Positions 52,831 through 64,000 of a stretch of DNA of 64,000 bases are shown here, in pieces (the first letter of the stretch is position 1; each line of letters opens with the position of its first letter). Source of the DNA: the human T2T-CHM13v2.0 reference genome, Homo sapiens. A program made the position numbers and the translations under genes. The stretch lies in NCBI RefSeq assembly GCF_009914755.1, contig NC_060927.1. One strand, 5' to 3'. Under the pieces are notes generated by a model. It did no database searches, was not told the origin of the DNA, and saw only the letters and a list, made by a program, of their open reading frames with translations.

Positions 52831-54407
52831 GGAAAACACTGTGCGTGTGATAAGTTGCACACCTCCCAACACACACTCCTCGTTTTACAAAAATCAGCAG
52901 CTGAGGGCAGAGGACAAGGAGGGCTGGCCAGTGCACAAACTGGGGCTTGGCTCCCACCCGGGGCCTGTGTCCCTGAGTGGATGCAGAAGCTCTGGACCAA
53001 CCAGCCCAGGTGTCTGGCAGGGCCCAGGGCCCACCTCCCCAGACACACACATACTTTTCCTGGTCACTGCCCCCCTCACACTCCCCCCAAGGAGCCCAGG
53101 CATCTTCTCCTTCAGGAAGGAGAAAGGAACCCCTCACACCAGGGTATTGGCTAACAGAGACACTCACAGCCCACACGGAAACAGGAACACATACCTGGAC
53201 ACAGGCTCACACCTGGAAGCACACCCAAGGAAAGCACTCCTGCTCTTGGAATCCTAGTTGGGAGAGCCCACCAGCAGGCTGTGAGGCAGTGGCAAGGCTT
53301 GAAAAGGCTTCTTGGTGAGATGCCCCTTCCCTCTGCCAGGGGCTGGGAACAGGAAGGCTGGAGGTCACTGAACCTTGAACCTTAGCGGCCCCAGCACCTT
53401 GTGATGGGCCCTGAGGGTACCGCCCTGTGTGAAGGGCCTCAGAACCCCAGCACTCCCAAGGACCGGAGCCAAGGTGGGGATATGGGCACTGTAGTGATAT
53501 TGATCACCAGACACCGGGGGGGGAGCTGGGCTGGAGTGGGTGCTTCGGAGCATCCAAGGTTCCCTCCACCCATCAGGCCAGTCCTCACCTTGGGCACTCG
53601 CCTCAGGGACCTACTATCCCAGCTTCGGGTAGATGTCACCCAGCTGCACTGGGAACTATGGGAGGTAGCCCAGGCCATGCAGCACCTGCCAGCCTTCCCG
53701 CCTGGGCTCACAGGGCTGTCATGCTCCCATCCTCCTCCCTTCACCCTACAGCTGGGCCATGGCTCTGAGACAGTGACCTTGCCTGCAGGATGGCACACAT
53801 GAGTCTTTCACCCCTCCTTACCAGCTATTTCCCCTGGGCCCAAAGCACAGGATTGCAGAGGGCTGGTGGGGCTGAACTTGCCAGGAGCTTGGGTCCTCCA
53901 TGTCCCCACCTGTGAGATAGAGAGGACACCCTATCCTGACCACTCCACCACAGGGTGCCTAAACTGTAAAGTGCATCTGCAGTACCCACGGGGGTCTTCA
54001 GCTCCCAAAACACTGGGGCAAGCTGGGTGAGGGATGTTATTTAACTGGAATGGCTATGGTTTGCAGAACCAGAGCTTCCAAATTACTTAGCAAAGCATGT
54101 TTGCTTTTTAATTAACATGTGCTTGAAAAACAATGGTTTTCATTAAAGTGGGTGGGGGAGAGAAGGGACTGTAGGGGAGAATATTTCAAGGAGCTCCAAG
54201 TTCCAGGCCAGACTTCTTAAAAATAAAGTGGGAGTCTTGCCCCAACCCGGCAGAGGCTGGGAGGCAAGAATCCCTGCTGGAGAGCCCAAGGAACAGCCCT
54301 ACTACCTGCCTCCACCACTCTCCGGCTCCCTGGCTGAGAATTTGCCCTTTCGCTGATGGCTCAGTTACTTACCTACTATTCCCTGGGCCACTCTGGGAAG
54401 GGGAGGT

Positions 54408-54709
54408 CTTTTTTTTTTTTTTGGAGATGGAGTCTCACTCACCCTGTCACCTAGGCTGGAGTGCAGTGTCTTGATCTCAGCTCACCGCAACATCCGCCTC
54501 TGGGGTTCAAGCAATTCTCCTGCCTCAGCCTCCTGCATAGCTGGGATTACAGGCACGCACCACCACGTCCAGCTAATTTTTCTATTTTTAGTAGAGACAG
54601 GGTTTTGCATTGTTGGCCAGGCTGGTCTTGAACTCCTGACCTCAAGTGATCTGCCTGCCTCGGCCTCCCAAAGTGCTGAGATTACAGGCATGAGCCACCG
54701 CGCCTGGCC
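54408..54709 (-). mobile_element. Alu (AluS-like)
   Basis: Reverse Alu consensus. Confidence 0.95.
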
Positions 54710-57100
54710 GGTGTGGTCTTTTATAAAGCAGTCTTGGCGTTCAATGAATGAGGTCCACCAGGCAGATAAGCAAAAGGAAACAGCATGAGTAACAACCTGA
54801 AAGCATGGGCCTGGAAGCCACTGATGTCCAAGCCCCAGGGAGATTGGGGCAGGGAGGCTGAGCTGGTGCCAAGGACAGAAGGGTGGGAAGGGAGGATGAC
54901 CTCACATGGAGCAGAGGGGATATGTGAGGAACTGGCCAGAGGAAGTGGAGGGCTGGGAGACTGGAAGCAGGACGCATTCCAAAGCCTCAGGGCTTGCTCC
55001 CCAGAGGCTGATGGGCAGGACTGCAGGTTCAGTCAGTCCAACAGGGGGCAGCGTTGACTCCATCATCCAGCATGGAGAAGGCATGCCATCGGTGTTCAAT
55101 AAATGCATGTAGAAGGGTGAGAATGAAGAGATGATCCCTCCGAGTCAACCACACCTTCTCCTATTTCTGGCCTTTTGGGGACAGGGTTAGCACCAGCGTG
55201 CAGCCTGAGGTCAGATGTCAACATAGGGTTGGGACACATTTCACCCATTCACCCATACAGACCAAGGGAAGGTGGAGGGGAAGCTTCTGGGGAGTGAGGG
55301 CATCCCCAGGGGTCGGGTCAGATGCCCAGAACCCCCAGCTCCCGGCAGCCTGCCCAGGACCCTGTTTCTCATTTGGGGCCTTCTTGCTTCCCCCAACCCA
55401 CACCCCCACATGAAACGTGCCTGCCTATACTTAATTCATTATGCTCGGCTGGGTGGGAGGCCTGGCGAGCAGGGTTTTTTTTTTCCCCTGAGCTCAGACA
55501 TTCCTCACTTTATTATTCTCCACATTTCAAAGCAGCTGTCGCCTCCCCCAACCGCCCCCAGCCCGAAGCTCAGAGTCCAGAAGGGGCCTCTCTAGGGCTC
55601 AGAACACCAGAGTCTCCAACACCTCCAGCCCGGCACAGGAGGAGAATTAAGGCCAGAGATGGATAGGGTAGCACCCCAGGGAGACCTGCAGGGCTCTTCC
55701 CCAACAGTCTGCACCTGAACTTATCCTCCCCTAAGTGCCGCAGTCACCCTCCCATAACACTGTCTTCTTGCCTCTCTGCACCCACTCTGTTCCACCCTCC
55801 ACACAGGTGACCACAGTGGTCCCTTCATAACACAAACACAACCCCTGCCTCCCCCACTGGAGCAGGTGCTAGAAGAATTATCAAAGTCCCTGCCCTGCTC
55901 AGGCCCCTGGCAAACTGAGCCCTCACTGAGTCAGTGGCCTTACAGAGGGCAAGGCCCATCCCTAGAAAATAGCAGGGCCAGGGTCAGCCTAGTGAACCAC
56001 CAAGGGGCCAGCCAGGGGAGAAACAGTTCTGGAGACTCAATTTCAGAGAAACGGGGAGGCCCTAGACAGATTTCTCCCCTACATCTGAGAGCTGCCCATG
56101 CAGAGCTTCCTTAGCAAGGGCTAAGATCCCTGTTGCATTTAAGCAAGCAGCAGCTTAGTCAGACTTGCCCTGGAAAAGAGGTTGGAGGAGGGACTTTGGC
56201 CCCAGGAGAAAATGGGGGAGGGGTCCAAGTGGGGCAGGCAACCCGGGGGCCTGGAAACTGAGTCTGGATGTCCCTGTCCCTGTCAGCACTCAGGCTGTCT
56301 TGCCCACACTCACCCTATCACTGGGCATGCCCACTCAGGCCTGGGGCTTGATGGTAGCATTCTCGAGTGCCCAGGAGGGTAAAGGTGACTCTGTAATGTG
56401 GCCCTGGAGGGTTCTTGGAGTCCACTGCAAGCCTGGGAGCCGAGAGCCCTCCCATACGTCCAGCTCTACTCTGTGAAACACCCCAAGGACTCCATCACTA
56501 TGAGAAAGGCCCCCTCTTGAAGACGGACTGCACAGAGCCTGAGTCAGCCCTCAGAGCAGGCCCCTTTCCAGCAATAGAGCTGTCCCAGCCTAGAGCTTGG
56601 GATCCGGCCATGTCACCCTCCCAGAGCTCCCAGCCCAGGGCCCCCCACTGAGCCTGGGCCATACAGAGGGAAACCTTGCTTCCCCTCTCATCCCTCAGCC
56701 TCAAGATCCATCCACCTTTCCCGGGGCTAGAAGCCATTGAACATTTGCCTTCCTGCCACAGCAGCCACCATCCCACACCTTGTGCTGCAGCTATGGATGA
56801 GAGGTCACTGCCATGAGCTTCCCCACCTCCAGCTGCAGGCCCCAGAGGTGAAAACAGGTATGGACATCCAGAGGTTTGGGGACACTCAGAATCTCAGGAT
56901 CCCAGATACTCCAACAAAGAGCTGAGGCATCTTCTCCCTTGTGCCCCACCACCCCCTAGCCCTGACCTCACAGCACCTGGTTGTCCCACAGGCTCATCAG
57001 CACCTCCCTGCCAAGTTCCCATTCCCCACTCCATCCCAGTGGCAAGGCTGGGCCTCTGTTACTTATCACAGGTCGGCACAGTTAGCACCTGAAAATTACA

Positions 57101-57176
57101 TGATGGATGGATGGAGGGAGGGAGGGAGGGAGGGAGGGATGAAAGGAGGGAGAATGGATGGATGAATGGATGAATA
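57101..57176. repeat. (GGAT)/(GGGA) simple repeat
   Basis: Directly visible. Confidence 0.85.
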
Positions 57177-59564
57177 AGCTGATTCAAATGAGCCTTGGGC
57201 CTGGCAAAGATCTGCTCCATTCAAGGGTCTCTATCCAGGGGTTTTGGGAAATGCTGACTACAACAAACCGTGAAATTTCTTCAAAACTTAAAAACTGACT
57301 TGTAAGGTAAGCTCTTATTTTGCCAAGTAGAGATATGGAAAACAACAGCTACCGTCGTTATTGTTTCTGTAAACAGAGGGATATTCTCAAGGCAAAAGAA
57401 AGTAGGCAGGATGCAATCTTGGAAGAAAGACAGGCATTGAAGATGCATAGATTGGGCTTCTGGAAAATATACAAGATAGGACATTTTTTCAAAACTTTCT
57501 TGGGTATTGTGATAAGTTGGGCCTTAGGGCTTGGAAATGCCCAAGTGCTTCCAATCTCCACCAGGGTAAGAGCCCCTTCTGCAGCCTTTCTGGCTCGGAT
57601 TGGTTCCCCTCTGCTTGCATATTCCTCAGAACAGAGGGCTCACCACCTCTCCCAGTTAGCTCAGGAGCTGACGATGACATTCTAGAGCACCTTTAAATGC
57701 TTCCAAGCCTACCATGGGAGAGAGGTAAGGAGACCAGGAGCAGGGTATGATGGCAGAGGTGTTGAGGGGAGGGAAGACCAAGGCTTCCAGCCCCAGGGCA
57801 TAGGTGTGGTAAGGTAAAGGGCATACTCATGTTTAGCTGGACCAAAGTAGAAAAATCAGGAAGCTGCCAAGACCTGAACTTGCCCAAGGGGCACCTGGAA
57901 GTGCAGAGTCTGGAGTCTGAGTCTTCCAGCTGCCACATTCCACCCCAACTAGCCCTCCAGAAAGGTTCTGATGGCCCCATGGCCACGGCCTTGGTAGATA
58001 TGTGAGGTACCCAAGCCCATAGACCAGAGGTGGAGGTGGAGAATGGAAAAAAATGGTGGAACCTCAGGAGTCCTCAGGCAGTGGAGAGGAGGGTGCAGGC
58101 AGGAACCCTGCCCAGACCTGACCTTCGAGGGCCTTCTCTGTCCAAGAGGCCCCGGGCCCTGGCTGCTGAGACTGGAGGGGCCCGCTGGGTGATCCGGCCT
58201 GGGGGAGTATCGTGTGCACACACTCACACACACATGCCACATTCCAGTTGTGCTCTGTCAGCGTTTGGGCAAACCAGGATTGTGTGGCTTTGGGAGGGCA
58301 GGGAACAAATAACCCCCAAAAGTGGGTGAGGGAGGGACTGGGGCTGGTTGGAAGGAACTTGGGAGAACCCCAGGGAACCACTTCTGTGGTGGGTCACCAG
58401 GTTCAAGATCCGGGCTTTCCTGCTGTGCTCTGAGGTGACTGGATCAGCATTTCCCCTGTTCCCAGGCAGGCCCGCCCTCTCCCTGACCCCACAACTCTCA
58501 CTACTACCCATGGCCCCAGGACCGACCACGGAGGACACCCCAAACACCCCCTTATGCAACACAAGGAGCTCCTGTCACACTGCTGCCAACTTTTTTTGGC
58601 CCCTCCTCCCCTGTTCCATACATTCCGTCACCCCCGACCTCTCTTAAGGCCTCCATCAGCTTTCCATAAGACTCTCTGCCACTGAGTGCTTTGAGCACTA
58701 CAGTCCACTTTCCCACAGCTGCACTGATTTCCTTCCTTCTTGTGGCCTGGCAAAATTTTCATCCAATGCCTGACTTCTTCAAGATCCCACCTGACTTCTT
58801 TCTATCTCGGCCTGAATTTCTGGCCTTCCTGGCACCGCTACTCCATGCCATCTCATTCATGTCCCAGTGGTAACCCCAGGATCCCTGGGGATGATGTCTG
58901 GAAGAGAAGATGCAGGGTGCGGCAGGCTAACAAGAGCCATGAGCATCCATGCAGGAACATCCGAGCAGCGGAGGGACGCTTTGTTCTGGGACCATCGCGG
59001 GCCCAGCTCCGATAATCCTCTGTCCCTTGTGCTCAAGTTCTAGATCCCCAAACTCTGCCCTAAAGCTGTGAGTGTCAAGGGCCCATCAGAACCTTGTTCC
59101 TGCAATGTCACTGGACCTTCTGTGTTAGGTTTTGCAGTTTCAAGGGGACTGCCTGGCCCTGCCTGGGGTGCTGAAGCTGAACTCTGCCCCTGGACTACCC
59201 CACTGACCCTCTGATTCAGCATGGACTGAGAATGTAGTGGTGGCTCCTCCTGCCACCTTGAGGAGACCTCAGAGATCAGGCCCCAGGCCAGAGGAGGAAA
59301 GTGAGGCATAGAGAGACCCCAGAACAGACCCCAGCCTTATGGGGCACATGACAGGGCACTTGAGGCATGAGGGGTATCAAGGTAGCCCAAGGGCAAACCC
59401 CCTGCCCCCTCCCACCCCTCTCTACCAGCCACAGGGCCATAGGCTGGACCACCCTGCTTGAGGGGGAAGCTGGGACCAGTGTTTATGCCACTGTAGGGAG
59501 GCCACAGCCTGCCTAGGAGTGCCACCTGCCCAGCGCCAGTGCTGATTCAACAGAGCCCCCCCAG

Positions 59565-59778
59565 CACATATGCACTCAGACATAGGCACACACACTCACG
59601 CACACACAGTGGCAAACACACATGTACATATGCACAGACAAATGGGCACCTACACACTCACAGACACAGACACACATATACAACACACATACAAACACAA
59701 GCCCACATTCACTTACAGACACAGATCCACAGGCATACATGCACAACTGTGGACCTATGCACACATACACACGCACAT
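59565..59778. repeat. Degenerate (CA)-rich low-complexity tract
   Basis: Directly visible. Confidence 0.8.
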
Positions 59779-61199
59779 TTCACCCAGCCAGGATGGGAGG
59801 ATGCTGAGTAAGGAGAAAGCTCACCTCTGCAGCTGAGTCCCACCTTTAGGTGCCTCCACCCCATCCATTCTGATGTCTGCACCCACAGCCAGTGAACCAA
59901 ACCCAGGAACATGTGGTCAGCAGAGCCACATATGAGAGGTAAATGGCCCCAGGGTAGCAACATGGCCATGGCTGGGCCAGAGGCACATTCTAAGTGGAGC
60001 TGAGCTGCAACAAGTGGAACCAAGCTGCCCCTGCCAGGGCTCATCAGACAACAGCTCCATCCCTGCCCTCACCAAGGGGCCCCCAACCCGTCCCCTCCCA
60101 GCTACGCAAGAAGAATAGGGGCTGGGAATTGCAAGATGCTCCCTTCTACCACCAAGCCAAACCAAGTGGGACAGTAGCTCCCAGGGACTAGGGAAGCCTG
60201 CAAGAAGAAGGGTATGTTTGGGGAAGGCCTGGGAGTACTGTGGGCCACCCTGGAAACCAGAAGGGCAGGCATTCTTGAGAGAGCGGGACGTGTATGCCTG
60301 AGGACTAAGACACATGTGAACTTGGATGCAGGGCACTCCTTGCTGGAGACGACTGAGAGCAGGTGCAATCTGTGCTCAGGACACCAGCCCAGGGTAGGCA
60401 TACCCAGAAAGAAAATGCTGAAACTACTCAGTCCCATGCAGAATTCTGAAGGGGAGCTCAGCACTTCTGGGCTTGGTTTTCAGGAGCAAGGTGCACCGGA
60501 CAGGCGGGAACTGGGGACTGCCCGGGAGAGTGTCAGCCACTTCAGGTGGTGCCCTACCCCGGAGGTGGCTGGAGGTGGAACCTGATTGGGATCTGCTCCC
60601 CTCTGTGTGGGTCCTCAGTCACTCATGGGCCAGGAAGGCTGGCCAGAGCCCGCCAAGATCACACACACACATGAAGATGCCCTCATTGGCCAAGTGCACT
60701 GCAACGGGGCACAGGGCGTCTTTATCTGCCCCACCAGCCGACAGACTGTGCACCTCTCAGCACAATGGCGGTAAACTGTGAAAGAGCAGATTACGACTCC
60801 TTCCCCTGAATTAGATCTGAGGCTGGAGTGGACTGAACCAGAAGGCCTTGAAATCTGTCCTTGATGTTGCTGAGGATGTTTTCAAAACAGCCCTGGAATC
60901 TGACCACTTACGACCATCACCCCCACCAGTACCCTGGGCCAAGTGTGCATCTCCTCTCTCCTGGACCCTCCTCACTGGCCTCCCTGCTGCCCCTGTGGCC
61001 CCCACAGTCTCTTCTCCACACAGCGGCCAGGGTGGCACTGAGAAAACATCTCCCCAGGGCGCATGCTGCAGCCCTCCCTGACCTCTCTGACTCAGGACCT
61101 GTCCCTCTCCATGGCACTTTCTGCTCCCATCACCAGGCCTCTGTGCCCTCTGCCAGGACGTCTTCCCTCAGATGCCCACACAGCCTCCTGAAGCAGATG

Positions 61200-61530
61200 C
61201 TGAGGTGCCGCATAGGAATGTTCCAGCCAACCTAGGGGCCCTGCCCAGCCAGTGACAGATGGGAGTCTGTAGATAGTCTGCCTTCCTCATCCCTCAGTGA
61301 GACAATACCACCATCTCCCGGAGGTTCCCAGCAGGGCTGAGACCCCTTTGCTCATAGTGTCATCTGCTCTGCATGCACCCCTTTGGGGGGATTTTCTTTC
61401 TTCCCACGCCCCCCACCCCACCCCTCTCCCACGCTCCCTGGAATCACCTTCCAGGGAGACTACTTGCAGGTAGTCCTTGATCTGGTCCTTGTCTCAGGGA
61501 TTACTTCTGGGGGAGCCCAGCCTAAGACAC
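61200..61530 (+). mobile_element. LTR16-like (ERVL) LTR remnant
   Basis: Ends ...cttctgggggagcccagcctaagaca. Confidence 0.5.
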
Positions 61531-61549
61531 TTCATCTCTCCCTTTTCCC

Positions 61550-62630
<1,081 letters not shown>

Positions 62631-63959
62631 TTCTCTCCTTTAAATCTTTGCTCAACTATTTCCTGCCCAGATAATCCTTGACCTCATTATTTAACATGTC
62701 ACCCACCTCCCGGCTTACACACACACATGCACACACACACCACAGCCCTCCCTGCTTTCAGTCCTTCTCTGCCTTTAGCACCATTCGATACTCCACTGTC
62801 AGGATTTGTCTGGTTTGTGTGAGTTCTACACAAAGGGCAGAGGTTTCCACTGCCTTCTCCACTGCAGTGTTCCCAGCACCTAGAACAGAGCCTGACACAC
62901 AGTCGGTGCTCAGTAAATGCTGAGAGAATGAAAGGAGGATGCAACAGACTCCTGCGACACACTCACCCCTAACATGCACTCTCTCCCACACACTGCCAGC
63001 AGCCCCCATCCACACACACTCACTCTCACACACACTCAGGACTCCCCACACAACACAGCCCCTTGGACAGTCTGATCCACGCAGGCCTTCCAAGTTGCTC
63101 TCACCCCACCACATCCCCCCTGCCACGCAGACACGCGCATCCACACGAGGTCATGAAAAGGCGCCCCCTGGAGCTGCCCTGACTCCTGGGTCCTGGCCTG
63201 CAAGGTGTTTCCCATCCAGTGTGGCCCACTCCCCACTCAAAGCCTTTGATCTCCCCCACATTTCTATATCTGGGGCCCCCAGCCTCTCTGCAGGGCTTTG
63301 CTCTCTCTTCACATCAAGCCTGCGTGAATCATCTCCTCGAGGAAGCCTCCCCTCTCTATCCTCATCAGGCTCCAGGACTCAGGGGAGGGGCCCTGGCCCC
63401 AGAGCAGGGGATAGAATGGGGCAGGGGTCTGCAGGTGTGTGCACCTCCCTCCACCACGCAGGGATTGCACGCTGTCTTCTGCTGAGGAGCCCGGGGCTAT
63501 CCCCACAAAGCCTCTACCTCTGACCTAGAGCCACACTGCTGGCAGAGTGGCTCAGTTTCACCATCGGAGTCAGGGCAAGGGGTCAGCTCTGACAGCCTGG
63601 GGACAAAGTTAGCTCCTGCCCTGCCACCCATTCCCAATGTCACTCAGGCAAGGCCATTCCCTGTGCTGGGCCTCAGCTTTCCCACCCGTGACAGGGTGGC
63701 TCTGGGCCAATGCCCCATGGTCACCCAATTGGTGGACATGCAGTGAGACAGCTCAGACAGTGCTCTCAGGCTCCCAGCAGCCCGCATACCTGTGTTAGCG
63801 GCCCCAGCATGGCTGCCTCCTGCAGAAGGCTAGGTGAGGGGCAAGCGCAACAGAGAAGCACTCGGCCTCCTCCAGCTCAGCGTCCATGGGCCACAGAATT
63901 CACATAGGCAAGCCAAGGGCCACAGAGAGGAAAGAAGGAGAGAGGGAAAGAAGGAGGAA

Positions 63960-64000
63960 AGGGAAGAGGGGAAGGAGAAATGTGGGACAAAGAGGGAAAG
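63960..64000 (-). other. MYL3: Possible extreme 3' end of the MYL3 transcript
   Basis: Pyrimidine-rich minus-strand end (ctttccctctttgtcccacatttctcc). Rests only on recalled gene order and spacing; no MYL3 coding exon or poly(A) signal is inside the window. Confidence 0.3.

Noticed and set aside
51084-53802. Many overlapping 100-220-aa ORFs on both strands
   Set aside because: Low-complexity G/P/R/A composition typical of GC-rich non-coding DNA; no domain motifs or consistent exon structure

Overview
Primate genomic DNA, most likely human. The two genes match the 3p21.31 testis serine-protease cluster; that placement is from recall, not a search. The window holds two paralogous five-exon trypsin-family genes on the minus strand, reconstructed by hand with all GT-AG junctions in phase. 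The PRSS44(P)-like gene (CDS 18584-15496) gives an uninterrupted 347-aa ORF with signal peptide, H-D-S triad and trypsin-type S1 pocket. A 1-nt deletion in its last exon removes only the hydrophobic GPI-signal-like tail. The PRSS42(P)-like gene (40190-36499) has a TGA inside the protease domain, with 48 more open codons and an intact hydrophobic tail behind it. The two 3'UTRs are far more similar (about 93-94% by hand count) than the coding exons. Most of the rest is interspersed repeat: L1, Alu, HERV-L/MLT2, THE1/MST, LTR13, Tigger, Charlie and MER elements. It also contains an ATP5MF retrocopy, an unidentified 3'UTR-like retrocopy, a tail-less L1 insertion, a ~440-bp polypurine tract and an orphan CpG island near 52 kb. 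The last ~40 nt may be the MYL3 3' end. I see no wholly new system; the best leads are the possibly live, secreted PRSS44 and the 3'UTR homogenisation.
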